From a virus, in the IMG/VR virus record IMGVR_UViG_3300037507_002457, positions 4,235 through 68,234 of that record: DNA of 64,000 nt; one strand, written 5' to 3'. The translations under genes were made by a program, and so were the position numbers. Positions 10,038-20,712 of this stretch are shown piece after piece; positions within the stretch are counted from its first letter, which is position 1, and each line of letters begins with the position of its first letter. The notes below the pieces were generated by a model, which was not told where the DNA came from, made no database searches, and saw nothing but the letters and a program-made list of their open reading frames with translations.

Positions 10038-10994
10038 ATGGACAATTCACCAAAATATCTTTTTAAGATAGGTCAACTAGAAGCTAGTTTGACCGATCTT
10101 GCGTATGATGATATATTCTTGAAAGAACGTGATCCAAAAAAGAGAGAACAATATATCAAGAACATAATAGATGCATCAACAAAAGCGGCAGAAGATTATG
10201 CCAGAAGAATTAACCTCAAAGAAAACACTATGAAAAAATCAGAACTAAAAGAACTACTAAAAGTAATCGCAGAAGAAGTGATTGCTGTTAAAAAGTCAAA
10301 ACTAGATGAAACAAAAGGATTATCTGGTTTCAAGAAAGCAAAGGAGTCAACAGAGCATACCGAAAACGTAGCCGACTCAAAGTCGTTGACCACGACAGCA
10401 GAACCAAAAGAAAAGAAAGAAGGCAAAAAACTTCCTGTCGTTAAAAAGCCAGCTAACCCACAAAAAGTTGGTAGTCTAAAGGAAGAAATTCTTAAAATGA
10501 TACGCGAAGAGATCGATGAAATGGCTCGTGTAAAAGGCGCGGTTGGTAGTAAATTCAAGGTAGAAGATCCAAATTCTCCAACAGGTTGGGTTGTTAAAGG
10601 ACACAAGACAATACCAGATGGTACACCAACAGAGGCTCCAAAAGGACCATATCAGCCAAAAGGCATGACTGGAATGGGAAGACCAAAAGCATCCGCAGGA
10701 GACGAAGGAGGTGAAGAAGGCGAAGATATTTCTTCAGTATCATCGTCCGTTCCATCAAAAATTTCCGTTACATTCGACGGCGATGATGTGGGAGAAATTG
10801 ATATGAACAAAATAAAAGGACCACTTATGGCACACCTGAAAACTTTGTTGGGCGGAGAATTGTCTCTGTATAAAATAGATCCATCTCTACAAGCAAAGCT
10901 GGATGCATATAGCGATATGTATGTTGATGATAAGCTACCAGCAGGCGCAAAACTAACCCTGCAAGTAGTAGGAGACACCGTAAAAGCAGTATAA
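10038..10994 (+). CDS. Hypothetical protein with internal KKSELKELLK..EE motifs
   Basis: 318 aa ORF in the operon, followed by a terminator. Confidence 0.8.
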   Translation: MDNSPKYLFKIGQLEASLTDLAYDDIFLKERDPKKREQYIKNIIDASTKAAEDYARRINLKENTMKKSELKELLKVIAEEVIAVKKSKLDETKGLSGFKKAKESTEHTENVADSKSLTTTAEPKEKKEGKKLPVVKKPANPQKVGSLKEEILKMIREEIDEMARVKGAVGSKFKVEDPNSPTGWVVKGHKTIPDGTPTEAPKGPYQPKGMTGMGRPKASAGDEGGEEGEDISSVSSSVPSKISVTFDGDDVGEIDMNKIKGPLMAHLKTLLGGELSLYKIDPSLQAKLDAYSDMYVDDKLPAGAKLTLQVVGDTVKAV

Positions 10995-11022
10995 TAAATA
11001 AAAAATATAAATAACCTCAATG

Positions 11023-11053
11023 TTCTGCCGCTTTTTAGCGGCAGAAACTTTTT
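11023..11053 (+). terminator. Rho-independent terminator
   Basis: TTCTGCCGC-loop-GCGGCAGAA then ACTTTTT. Confidence 0.8.
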
Positions 11054-11111
11054 ATATATACAAAAACTAATTTTAGTTCATATATATGAATAAACAAACG
11101 TTATACTACAT

Positions 11112-11948
11112 ATGGATAATAATACAATACCTGTTACAAAGCAAAATACACAACCAGCAGCACCACAAGTAGCTCCACCTGTACAAGCAGAACAGAAGCT
11201 CGATTTTCCAACGGAATATATTGATTTGCCATCGGAGGGTTATTTTTATCCGCTTTCTTCTCCACTTAGTTCTGGTCGTATACAATTGAAGTATATGACT
11301 GCTCGTGAAGAAGATATTCTTACCAATCAAAATCTTATTAAGAAGGGTGTAGTATTGGATGAATTGTTAAAGGCATTGATTGTAACGCCAAACGTAAAAC
11401 TGGATGATATTTTTGTAGGAGACAAAAATGCAATATTTATAGCTGCCCGAAGACTTGCATATGGTGATGAATATCCTGCAAAAATTACATGCCCAAAATG
11501 CGGCGAAGAAAATGAAGTAAAAATAAACTTGGGAGAACTAAAATCCAAGGAATTTGATTTTAGTAAATATACCAAAGGAGAAAATGCGTTTTCTTTTGAG
11601 CTACCCGTATCAAAAAAGACTGTAGTTTATAGACTACTAACGCATAAAGACGAAGGGGATATTGATGCAGAGCTAAAGGGTCTTGCAAAAATATCCAAAG
11701 CAAATACGCCAGAAATGACCACAAGATTAAAGTATAGCATTGTATCCGTTGACGGAAATAGTGACAGAGGAGTGGTCAAAAAATTTGTGGATAATATGTT
11801 AGCTAAGGATAGTATGGCACTAAGAAGATATATTCGTGAAAACACACCGGATATGGATATGACGTTTGACTTTACTTGCAGTGCCTGTGGGCATAATGAA
11901 AGGATGGCAATGCCACTGGGTGTTGACTTCTTTTGGCCTACCACCTGA
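11112..11948 (+). CDS. Baseplate hub assembly / tail assembly chaperone (T4 gp26-like)
   Basis: IDLPSEG..Y, MTAREEDILT, GDKNAIFIAARRLAYG, two CxxC motifs, ends FFWP. Lies just upstream of the tape measure. Confidence 0.75.
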   Translation: MDNNTIPVTKQNTQPAAPQVAPPVQAEQKLDFPTEYIDLPSEGYFYPLSSPLSSGRIQLKYMTAREEDILTNQNLIKKGVVLDELLKALIVTPNVKLDDIFVGDKNAIFIAARRLAYGDEYPAKITCPKCGEENEVKINLGELKSKEFDFSKYTKGENAFSFELPVSKKTVVYRLLTHKDEGDIDAELKGLAKISKANTPEMTTRLKYSIVSVDGNSDRGVVKKFVDNMLAKDSMALRRYIRENTPDMDMTFDFTCSACGHNERMAMPLGVDFFWPTT

Positions 11949-12168
11949 GTATAAGATAAGTTTACACGAAGAGATATTTACGCTGTGCTATTACAGCAAT
12001 GGGGCATTTAGTCACACAGAGGCATATGCAATGCCTATACATTTACGTAGATTTTATATAAGAAAGCTCGTAGATACAAAGAAGCAAGAGGCGGACCAGC
12101 ACGAAAATGCCGCCAAAGGTCCAAAATCGAGTGGTCCAAAAGTCGATAGACCCGGAATACGTAGGTAA
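11932..12168 (+). CDS. Tail chaperone frameshift extension (G-T-like), probably reached by a +1 or -2 shift
   Basis: The +1 frame reads FGLPPEYKISLHEEIF..MPIHLRRFYIRKL from TTC TTT TGG and ends before the tape measure. Confidence 0.65.
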   Translation, partial: FGLPPEYKISLHEEIFTLCYYSNGAFSHTEAYAMPIHLRRFYIRKLVDTKKQEADQHENAAKGPKSSGPKVDRPGIRR

Positions 12169-12213
12169 AAATGGTGGTTATTATATATTTATATAAGATA
12201 ACCTATCATATAA

Positions 12214-15200
12214 ATGGCCGATAATAAGAACGTATCAATGACACAGGAAGAATATGATCGCGCAAAAGCGGCATTGGATGTATATGAAAAAATATCAGAG
12301 GTTGTAGATAAAACTCGCGGTGTTTCAAAAAAAAGAGCAGAAGATTTGCAGAAAGAAATACAAGGTAACGAAACAGTATTAGATTTAACTAAAAAAATTG
12401 AAGAAAAAAAGCAAAAAATTACAAAGCTAGAAACTACGTATAGTGCTATACAAAAAAATGAATATCAGTTGCAAGCATCCAATGAAAGATCTGGTATAAT
12501 CAAGGATCAAGTCAAACTTCAACAAGAGCTACTTACCTGGAAAGAAAGACAATTTCAGCAAGAAATAGCTTCCGGAAAAATTACAGAAAGAACAGCAGCG
12601 GCCAGAAGACGAGAAATACAAACAATTAAAGATACACTCGTCGCAAAGCAGCGAGAAGAAAAAATAGAAGATTATATACAATCTATACTAACGAAGAAAA
12701 TTGCAGGCGGAAAGGCTGTGGCTGAAGATATAGCTCGCCGTCTAAAAACCGAAAAAGATGAACTTAAAACTTTAGAAGATCAACTAAAAATAACAAAAAA
12801 CTTAATTAGAACGACTCAAGAAATTGAGCAGTTTGTCAGCGCGAACGCAGAAGAATATGGCAAAGTAAAAAAATTTTTATCGGATATTTCTAAAGGCGGA
12901 ATGGCCGCTTGGTTGGCAATGTTAAACGCATCGTTGGCGAGATGGAAAGAACTTGATGTAGCTGCGTTTAATTTTAGACAAACTACTGGATTTTTGGTCA
13001 GTCAAACTAAAAATTTAGACAATGCAGTTAGACGAGTAAATGTGCAGATGGCAAATTTGGGCGTGGGATTGAAAGAATTGTATGAAATTGGACAGGCACT
13101 TACTGAAGAATTTCAAGTCATAGGACTTGTAACAGAAGAAGTAATTGCAAATACTGCAAAGGTCGCGGCGAATCTTGGACTTAATGTAAAAGATGCTGCA
13201 AAATTCAAGGGGTTGTTTGAATCTATTTCTCAATCTGTAGGAAGTTCTGGAGACTCGATGATAAAATCTGCTGTGGCTTTGGCTGAAATGGGCGGAGTAG
13301 CACCAAGAGCAGTATTGAATGATATGGCAAACGCATCAGAAGATACTCTTGCATTTCTTGCCAAGAGTCCTATGGCTCTTATACGTGCTACCGTAGAAGC
13401 AAGAAGATTGGGAACTACGGTAAATTCGTTATCAAAATCTGCGAGAGGGTTTCTTAATTATCAAGATTCTATTACGAGCGAGCTTGAAGCTTCTGCATTA
13501 ATTGGAAAATCGTTAAATTTCCAAGAAGCCAGAGCAGCCGCATATGCCAGAGATGTAGTAAAGTCCAGAGAGCTTGCACTTAAGCAGATTGAAAAGGCAG
13601 GAGACTTTACAGGATTAAATGTATATCAACAAGAAGCACTTGCTAAAGCGGCAGGAATGACAACTGCCGAAATAATTAAGCAGCAAAATCAACAAAAACT
13701 TCTCGCGAAATTAGAACAGACAAAACCAGAATTGTATAAAAAGTACATGGAAATGCAGCAAAAAATAAAGGAAAATGAAAAAGCTGCGGCGGCGGATCTG
13801 GAAAAACAAGCAGAAGAAATGGCAAAACAACAATTAATGCAAGGAGAGATTAATAAACTTACCAACGCATTTTCTGGAATTTGGACAGACATATCAGATT
13901 CTCTTCTTGCCATAGCAAATACAATAATGCCACCAATAATAATTGCTGCAAGATTACTCGGAGCAACGTTTAAAATTATTACGGCAATAATTCGTGGATT
14001 TTTATCTCCGTTTGATAAATTTGTAAGTAAATTAAGATCTGGAGAAGAAGGCGGACTGACGTTGGAAAAAATAATGACAAAGATAGGAGAAGGGGTGGAA
14101 AAAATTATTCCTTATGCGGAAAAACTTGGAGAATTGGTTAGCTTGGTAGTAAGAGGATTTATGTTCTTGGGCATAATCTCTGGAAAATTATTCACGGAAT
14201 TAAAAGTATTTAAAGATATAGTTGGATATTTTTCTAATTTTGGTAGATCGGTACTCATGAATATTGGTTATATAAAAAATTTCGTTGATTACATAAAAAA
14301 TTTAGGAAGTGCAGCGTCTATAGGTTTTGCTCGGATATTAAATGGGTTTGATAATATAAAAAGAGCAATTACATTTGTGAAATCTGGGCTTGATGTTGTA
14401 CCTAAACTTTTTGGTGCAGTTGGTGGAATTGGTCAGCACCTAGGACCAGTGACAAAAGTGTTTGGAGTATTTGGAAAAATATTTGGTTCCGTAGGCAGAT
14501 TTGTTGGATTATTCGCAAAAGCTATACCTGGCATAGGACAAGTTATAACTGCAATTCAAATATTGTGGGAGTTGGGAACAAGCTTGTTTAGTATATGGAC
14601 CGACGATAATTTGAGTATTGGTCAAAAAATAATTGCGTCTCTTAAAGCTGTGCCGGGTGCTATATTCGACGTAATAGTTTCTCCGCTTATAGATATTGGA
14701 GCGTGGATATTAAAAATGTTTGGTGTAGATTTAACAGATGGTATGATTGATGGCTTTAAAGCAAGCGCAAAAAAAATATTTACATATCTCATGTTTCCAT
14801 TTATTGGAGTTTATGAATGGATTTCGGAAAAATTTTTGGGAAATTCTCCATCGGAGATAGGACTTGGAATAGTCGATGGAATAAAATCTATAGGAGGAAT
14901 GTTATTAGATGCGTTGATAGAACCATTTTCGAATGGATATAATTGGATTAAAAAGAAACTGATGGGGAAGTCCCCATCGCAAATAGGACTTGGAATAGTT
15001 GACGGTATAAAATCGGTCGGACGTATGGTGTTGGATGCACTTACTTCGCCATTTAAAGCTGTAGTAAATTTTATATCTAGGATATTTGGAGGAGACGGTT
15101 CTCTTGGCGATTCTATCATAAATGGTATAAAGAATATTATGGGCGGAGTATTTGACTTGTTAATCTCACCGTTTAAAAAAGCATCAGAATTTATTACAAA

Positions 15201-15528
15201 TATTCCCGTTATTGGTAAATTGTTTGGCGGAGGAGATGCCACGGCAGCAGTAAATACTGAAGCAACGGTTAATGTTGAAAAGCAAGTTGCGATGGCAGTC
15301 GAAGTTAAAAACCTCGATGAGCTTAAAGAAACAATAAATAAACTTATTGAAGCAATATCAAAACTTGGAGGAACGGCGGGCGGAGCATCTCCGGTGGTTA
15401 ATGTAAACAATAATCAAAACGCGATGATCGAAAAATTAGATGAACTTATTGGTCTACTAAAAGATGGCGCAATCGCGGTTAATATGGACGGAGCGTTAGT
15501 TTCTAGAACATTGGCCAAGACATCTTAA
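12214..15528 (+). CDS. Tape measure protein
   Basis: 1104 aa, helical and coiled-coil, with G/I/F-rich amphipathic repeats in the C-terminal half. Position follows the chaperone. Confidence 0.85.
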   Translation: MADNKNVSMTQEEYDRAKAALDVYEKISEVVDKTRGVSKKRAEDLQKEIQGNETVLDLTKKIEEKKQKITKLETTYSAIQKNEYQLQASNERSGIIKDQVKLQQELLTWKERQFQQEIASGKITERTAAARRREIQTIKDTLVAKQREEKIEDYIQSILTKKIAGGKAVAEDIARRLKTEKDELKTLEDQLKITKNLIRTTQEIEQFVSANAEEYGKVKKFLSDISKGGMAAWLAMLNASLARWKELDVAAFNFRQTTGFLVSQTKNLDNAVRRVNVQMANLGVGLKELYEIGQALTEEFQVIGLVTEEVIANTAKVAANLGLNVKDAAKFKGLFESISQSVGSSGDSMIKSAVALAEMGGVAPRAVLNDMANASEDTLAFLAKSPMALIRATVEARRLGTTVNSLSKSARGFLNYQDSITSELEASALIGKSLNFQEARAAAYARDVVKSRELALKQIEKAGDFTGLNVYQQEALAKAAGMTTAEIIKQQNQQKLLAKLEQTKPELYKKYMEMQQKIKENEKAAAADLEKQAEEMAKQQLMQGEINKLTNAFSGIWTDISDSLLAIANTIMPPIIIAARLLGATFKIITAIIRGFLSPFDKFVSKLRSGEEGGLTLEKIMTKIGEGVEKIIPYAEKLGELVSLVVRGFMFLGIISGKLFTELKVFKDIVGYFSNFGRSVLMNIGYIKNFVDYIKNLGSAASIGFARILNGFDNIKRAITFVKSGLDVVPKLFGAVGGIGQHLGPVTKVFGVFGKIFGSVGRFVGLFAKAIPGIGQVITAIQILWELGTSLFSIWTDDNLSIGQKIIASLKAVPGAIFDVIVSPLIDIGAWILKMFGVDLTDGMIDGFKASAKKIFTYLMFPFIGVYEWISEKFLGNSPSEIGLGIVDGIKSIGGMLLDALIEPFSNGYNWIKKKLMGKSPSQIGLGIVDGIKSVGRMVLDALTSPFKAVVNFISRIFGGDGSLGDSIINGIKNIMGGVFDLLISPFKKASEFITNIPVIGKLFGGGDATAAVNTEATVNVEKQVAMAVEVKNLDELKETINKLIEAISKLGGTAGGASPVVNVNNNQNAMIEKLDELIGLLKDGAIAVNMDGALVSRTLAKTS
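14800..15200 (+). repeat. About 42-aa tandem repeats in the tape measure
   Basis: GNSPSEIGLGIVDGIKSIGGMLLDALIEPF and GKSPSQIGLGIVDGIKSVGRMVLDALTSPF, plus a degenerate third copy. Confidence 0.8.
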
Positions 15529-15540
15529 TATTTATAACTT

Positions 15541-17670
15541 ATGGCAGACAATACATTTTTAGCTCCACTATCACCTATACAGCGAAGTACACCTGCGCAA
15601 AATCTGATAGCATTCCAAAAGAATGAATATAATTTATATAATAAGTTTAGTCCATATTATCAAGCTGGTGGGGATATTGGATCTAACCAGCCTTATATAT
15701 ACACGAAGCTTACTGACTCAAACTTTCAAAAGAATTTAACTAGATACGACACGACAGCATTTCCCGTAGGTTCTACCGCAAGAGATGTCATAAGAATGAC
15801 AAAGTTTTCAACAAGCGGTATTGGTTTATTATACACGGGGAAACAATTATTACTTCAGCAGCAAAACGCATTCAACGAAACAAGAATCTATAATCCATTA
15901 AGTTTATTGAAAGCAACGGCAAGACCCGGTTCGCTTGGGTTAATAGGATATCCACAAAGACATTTGGAAACAAGCGGAGGGTTGCTAAACTTCTTCAAAG
16001 ATTCTCTATTAAGTACGTTTGGGTTTTCTACCAAAGACTCGGAAAAACCGAGACTGGATGGTACTGCTACTGGAGAAAATGGAGTTCCATATTCTGAATA
16101 TGCAAGTAAAAGAGGTGGAGCAAAATATGGGTTGCTAAGATACCCCACTGCGTCAAAAGCTGTTTCAAATTTTAATGAAATTTGGGCATCAAATGCTGGT
16201 CAAAATGATAATGGAGGAGGATTTTTACAAAAGTTGGCAAGCGGACTGGTGGATAAACTTCGCAAACTTATACCAAGTACGAATCCACTTGGGGCATTTG
16301 GAGGAAGTGTCGGAGAAACATGGAAATATAGACCAGAGTATGAAACCGGAAAAGAAGGTATTTATTATTCATTTTTAAACGATAGATCGGGGCTATTAAA
16401 AACCACAGCATATAATCAACCGCAGACCTTTTATAATGATAGATATGCAACAACGGGTACACAAACTGGAGGTACATCTCCTATAGGAAATTTAGGTGCA
16501 TCCGATTATCACAAATACTATCCAGCAAAACAAGATCCTAGAGATACTTCCACACAATATGCACCTAGTGTAAAGATACAAATGGATTCCGTCGGAATAA
16601 CCGATTTTGAAATTGACCGCGCAATCGGGAGACCGGCATATAATAATTTAAAAGATTTGTATTCAAAAATGGTGGTCGCAATGCTACCATACAATCAAAC
16701 TACGGGAGGCGGTCAATTTAGATCTTCTGCGGAAAGATACACAGAAAATCCGATAATAGGAGTCAACAGTAACAATAATTATGAGTCTATTCCAAATGGA
16801 ACAGGTGCACAACCTACCGTAGTTGATAAATCATCTGTAGCAGAAGGTCCGTATTTAAAATATTTGAGAGAACAAGGTGGAATAGTAAATGAAATAAGAA
16901 TAGACAACAGAGGGTTTGCAAAAGCGTCAAAAAAACTTAATGAAACAGGAACGCCGGACGATTACAACTTATTGACTCCAACTGGAGACATAGATGAGTT
17001 ATTTTTGGCCCAAGGATCGAATCAGTCAAGAGACCTTATTTTCTTTTACTTTTACGACTTGATTAATCAAATTTATATTCCATTTAGAGCCACTCTCGGA
17101 AGCATACAAGATAACAATACTGCTGATTGGGATGACATTAAATACATGGGTCGTGCAGACAAGCTTTTTGTATATAAAGGGTTTAGCAGAGACTTAAGTT
17201 TTAATTTTAGAGTATACGCAAATAGTATATACGAGTTGGTCCCTAACTGGGAAAGAGTTAATTATTTAGTAGGATTAACTAGACCAAGTAAATACACAGA
17301 CAGAGCAATAGTTACTAATGAAGAAATCTTACTATCAGAAGATCCAGACACTGCAACCACGGGGAGAGAAAGTGGATTTATATATCCGCCTATGATTGAA
17401 TTCAGAATAGGAGACTTATACGTAGACCAGCCAGCTATATTAAGAAGCGTAGGCGTAACCGTTCCAGACGACGCGCACTGGGAAACACTAAGAGATAACA
17501 AATATACGTATGTATACGGAAAAGAAAAAACCATAACGCAAGATAATGTATATTCTCGACAGCTTCCAACCATGATAGATGTATCGGTACAACTAAGTGT
17601 CATTGAAAGAGAACAATCACAGACAAAAAATTATCACTTTGGTCCTCAAGTAGGATGGAGTACATTGTAA
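15541..17670 (+). CDS. Putative baseplate / tail-tube initiator protein
   Basis: C-terminal IPFRATL..W..IKYMGRADK..YKGFSRDLSFNF..PPMIEFRIGDLY resembles tube-initiator folds. Follows the tape measure. Confidence 0.6.
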   Translation: MADNTFLAPLSPIQRSTPAQNLIAFQKNEYNLYNKFSPYYQAGGDIGSNQPYIYTKLTDSNFQKNLTRYDTTAFPVGSTARDVIRMTKFSTSGIGLLYTGKQLLLQQQNAFNETRIYNPLSLLKATARPGSLGLIGYPQRHLETSGGLLNFFKDSLLSTFGFSTKDSEKPRLDGTATGENGVPYSEYASKRGGAKYGLLRYPTASKAVSNFNEIWASNAGQNDNGGGFLQKLASGLVDKLRKLIPSTNPLGAFGGSVGETWKYRPEYETGKEGIYYSFLNDRSGLLKTTAYNQPQTFYNDRYATTGTQTGGTSPIGNLGASDYHKYYPAKQDPRDTSTQYAPSVKIQMDSVGITDFEIDRAIGRPAYNNLKDLYSKMVVAMLPYNQTTGGGQFRSSAERYTENPIIGVNSNNNYESIPNGTGAQPTVVDKSSVAEGPYLKYLREQGGIVNEIRIDNRGFAKASKKLNETGTPDDYNLLTPTGDIDELFLAQGSNQSRDLIFFYFYDLINQIYIPFRATLGSIQDNNTADWDDIKYMGRADKLFVYKGFSRDLSFNFRVYANSIYELVPNWERVNYLVGLTRPSKYTDRAIVTNEEILLSEDPDTATTGRESGFIYPPMIEFRIGDLYVDQPAILRSVGVTVPDDAHWETLRDNKYTYVYGKEKTITQDNVYSRQLPTMIDVSVQLSVIEREQSQTKNYHFGPQVGWSTL

Positions 17671-17671
17671 T

Positions 17672-17974
17672 ATGAATAGATATATTGAAAATGAAACTAA
17701 TGTTTTTAAACGCTATGATGGTAAGCGCGTATTTAAAACAACTAGATATCCAAAAATACCTGTTGCTGCGAACGACATATATATTGTAGCAAATGAAACA
17801 GATTATCTTGACAACCTTGCACACAGGTTTTATAATGATAGTACTTTGTGGTGGGTACTTGCTCAAGCAAATGGCGTAAAAGCAACACTCAAGGCACCCA
17901 CAGGACAACAAATAAGAATACCACAAAACATAGATAATATTATTCTAAAATTTAGAAGAGAAAACAACACATAA
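17672..17974 (+). CDS. LysM-like baseplate wedge protein (gp53 / P2 gpX-like)
   Basis: DYLDNLAHRFYNDSTLWWVLAQAN..GQQIRIP. Confidence 0.8.
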   Translation: MNRYIENETNVFKRYDGKRVFKTTRYPKIPVAANDIYIVANETDYLDNLAHRFYNDSTLWWVLAQANGVKATLKAPTGQQIRIPQNIDNIILKFRRENNT

Positions 17975-17979
17975 TTGTT

Positions 17980-20286
17980 ATGAGCAACGTAACTGTAGTA
18001 CCGTGGGGATTGCATCCACTATCACCGTGGGTAGTAGATGAGCTTAAACGAAGGGCACGAGAATATGGGCAAAACCCTACCCCGACAGAAGCTAAACCAT
18101 ATAGTGGACCGAGAACTGCATGGGCGAGATTTTTTTCAAATGGGATATCTTCGCTACCAGATGCTAAAGGTAAAGACGGTTTTGTTTTGGGAGGAACATA
18201 CGGGTTTAATGAAAGTTATGGATTTAACGCAGATGGAAAAATTACTATAGGAGTAGACGCAAGGGGAAATCCACATCAAATACCGTTTGATAAATCTTCT
18301 GCTCTTGGACCAAACCAACAATTAAAACAGAGAACGGATTTTCCACACCGTCCACCACCTAGCTTAGAGTCGGTGTCTTGTGAATTCAGCGGAACAAATT
18401 CTAGTTTCCCCAGCTTATGTAGAAAAATAACCATAAATTGGAAATGTTATTCTCTCGCGCAATTGAATTATCTTATTCCATATTTTTTAACTCCGAGAAT
18501 AACTTGTTTAATTGAATGGGGATGGAACAATTATGATACAGTATCATTAGTAGATTTGACCGACCTAGACTGGATAAATCAAATGTTTGTTGACCCAAGT
18601 TATACGCTCGAATATATAAAAAAATCCAACGGAAATTATGACGCTGGGCTGGGGTTTATCGTAGATTACGGGTTTAAGATGAATGATAATGGTGGATATG
18701 ACTGTCATACTACATTAATTAATGCAAATAAACTTATAGAAGGCGAACAAATCGCAAACAAAGATGTTACCATAAAACAGCAACAGGACTATCTTTCGGT
18801 AAAAAGTTTTCATTCTTTTGCAAACGATAACATGAAAAACATAGATTCTAAGGAAGATAAGTATAAACAACTAAGAAAAGAATTGAGGATCGGTGACAAG
18901 ACCTTTGAAGAAGAAAAAAGAGTATTTAGAATACAAGATACTCCGATATCAAAGAATACTCCAAATTTTTGGTTGAGGATGGATTTAGTACAGGACATAA
19001 TTAATGCATTTTTTAAAATTGAAATGCGTGGAACGCAAAATGCAATTATACGTGAACTTGATATATTGGAAACGAGAGTTTGCGCAAATCCGTTATTGAA
19101 ATCGGCCAACACGAATGTATTGGTACCAAATAGGTATGCTCCTAGGTTTGTATTTGAAGAAAATAAAGGTGAAGGCACAGCCAATAATTATAAACCAGAA
19201 GATGAAAAATATAACCTTCTGTTTAAAGATAAAGTAGAAGATATCTTAAAAGAATATTATTTAGACACAACAAAATTTGACAATTTGCAAGAAATAATAA
19301 ATCCAAATGGAGAATCATTTCCGGTGTATCGAGACGAGCAAGTTCTTGATTCTGACGGCAAGGTTGCGCAAAATCTAAAAGCGGGATATTGGGGACTTCT
19401 AAAAGATTTATTTATAAATGAAGAATATTTTAGAGCGCTGGTTAAAAAAAATGATTCCGTATTAAAACTAATAGAAGAACTGTTGCAAGGAATAAACCAG
19501 TCATTATGCCAGATATGTCAACTTAAACTAATACCCGCCGAATATGGAAACAGAAAATATTCCGTTTATGACGAAAATTTGCCAGGTATAGCCGTAAAAA
19601 ATGATGCAAAAAATTTGCCAATAATAACTCTTGGTGCGATAGATTCTGCATTTTTGCGAGCCGCGTCGTTTGATGTAAAGCTTAGTTCGGAAATGATGAA
19701 TCAGTTGGTAATGCAAAGTGCAAACCCGGAACAAGATCCAGATGGATCCACGCAGACAAAAAATGTCGCTGCTACACCTATAGTAAGCAGGTATTCCGCA
19801 GGAGACAGATTATATAGAAAAGGAGAACTACCAACGGTGGTTGTATCGGGAAATACTCCATCTGAAAGTGCCGTTGATGCTCATATCAAAAAACAGGACG
19901 AACTTGTAAAGAAACGTCAAACTCGCAGCAATAAAAACAAAAATGCTTTTTATGTATATTATGCACAAGATAAAAATAACCCAAAGAAAGATCTAGAATA
20001 TTTTATATGTGAAAAAAATTCTACATTTTTGAATTATATCTTGAAACTGCCAAATAAAAAATCTCCATACTTGAATAATGCAATAATGCCAGGAACCACA
20101 CTGACGTTGGAACTATTGGGAATATCGGGTGTAAACTATCTTTCTCAATTTTTGATAGACCATGCACCAGAAGCATATAATTTTGAAAATGCGGTATGGC
20201 AAATATCAGATGTCAAGCAAAATATTGAAGATAAAATGTGGATTACTACACTAGTTGCACAGGTAAGACCACTCACAGTATTATGA
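17980..20286 (+). CDS. Putative baseplate hub protein
   Basis: 768 aa after the LysM gene. RKITINWKCYS..LIEWGW, and C-terminal LTLELLGISG..WQISDVKQNI..W.T. Confidence 0.55.
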   Translation: MSNVTVVPWGLHPLSPWVVDELKRRAREYGQNPTPTEAKPYSGPRTAWARFFSNGISSLPDAKGKDGFVLGGTYGFNESYGFNADGKITIGVDARGNPHQIPFDKSSALGPNQQLKQRTDFPHRPPPSLESVSCEFSGTNSSFPSLCRKITINWKCYSLAQLNYLIPYFLTPRITCLIEWGWNNYDTVSLVDLTDLDWINQMFVDPSYTLEYIKKSNGNYDAGLGFIVDYGFKMNDNGGYDCHTTLINANKLIEGEQIANKDVTIKQQQDYLSVKSFHSFANDNMKNIDSKEDKYKQLRKELRIGDKTFEEEKRVFRIQDTPISKNTPNFWLRMDLVQDIINAFFKIEMRGTQNAIIRELDILETRVCANPLLKSANTNVLVPNRYAPRFVFEENKGEGTANNYKPEDEKYNLLFKDKVEDILKEYYLDTTKFDNLQEIINPNGESFPVYRDEQVLDSDGKVAQNLKAGYWGLLKDLFINEEYFRALVKKNDSVLKLIEELLQGINQSLCQICQLKLIPAEYGNRKYSVYDENLPGIAVKNDAKNLPIITLGAIDSAFLRAASFDVKLSSEMMNQLVMQSANPEQDPDGSTQTKNVAATPIVSRYSAGDRLYRKGELPTVVVSGNTPSESAVDAHIKKQDELVKKRQTRSNKNKNAFYVYYAQDKNNPKKDLEYFICEKNSTFLNYILKLPNKKSPYLNNAIMPGTTLTLELLGISGVNYLSQFLIDHAPEAYNFENAVWQISDVKQNIEDKMWITTLVAQVRPLTVL

Positions 20287-20672
20287 TATACAATCAAACA
20301 TTACCTAGTCAGTACGGCACGTTTCCAGAGATTGGTGAAATAACAAATATTTTAATCACCAAACCAAAACCATCCCCCGAAGATTATAACAAGGGATATA
20401 TTACTCGCGTATTTGTAAAAAAGATAAATGAAAACGTGATTAATGAAATATCTTATGTGGATAAATCTTCTATTAATTTAAATTTGTATAAAACAGTCCA
20501 AGTAAAGTGGAAAATTACTGGACCAAAGAATAACATATATAAAGGCAACATTCTTGACAAAGCTGGCGTAACTGAGCAAAATAGGTTTGAGATAGATAGA
20601 ATAAAAAAAGAAGAAGGTATAGATCTTTCTGGAGTATTGAACAACCCGCTTGAGTATTGGAGAGGTAACTAA
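20283..20672 (+). CDS. Hypothetical virion-associated protein
   Basis: ATGA overlap. PKPSPEDYNKGYITRVFVKK and WKITGP. Last gene of the tail operon. Confidence 0.7.
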   Translation: MIYNQTLPSQYGTFPEIGEITNILITKPKPSPEDYNKGYITRVFVKKINENVINEISYVDKSSINLNLYKTVQVKWKITGPKNNIYKGNILDKAGVTEQNRFEIDRIKKEEGIDLSGVLNNPLEYWRGN

Positions 20673-20678
20673 AATAAG

Positions 20679-20706
20679 TTGACATTGTTCGCAGATATGC
20701 CATATT
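20679..20706 (+). promoter_or_regulatory. Sigma70-like promoter
   Basis: TTGACA-16 nt-CATATT, with a GTG start 7 nt downstream. Confidence 0.55.
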
Positions 20707-20712
20707 GCTCAT

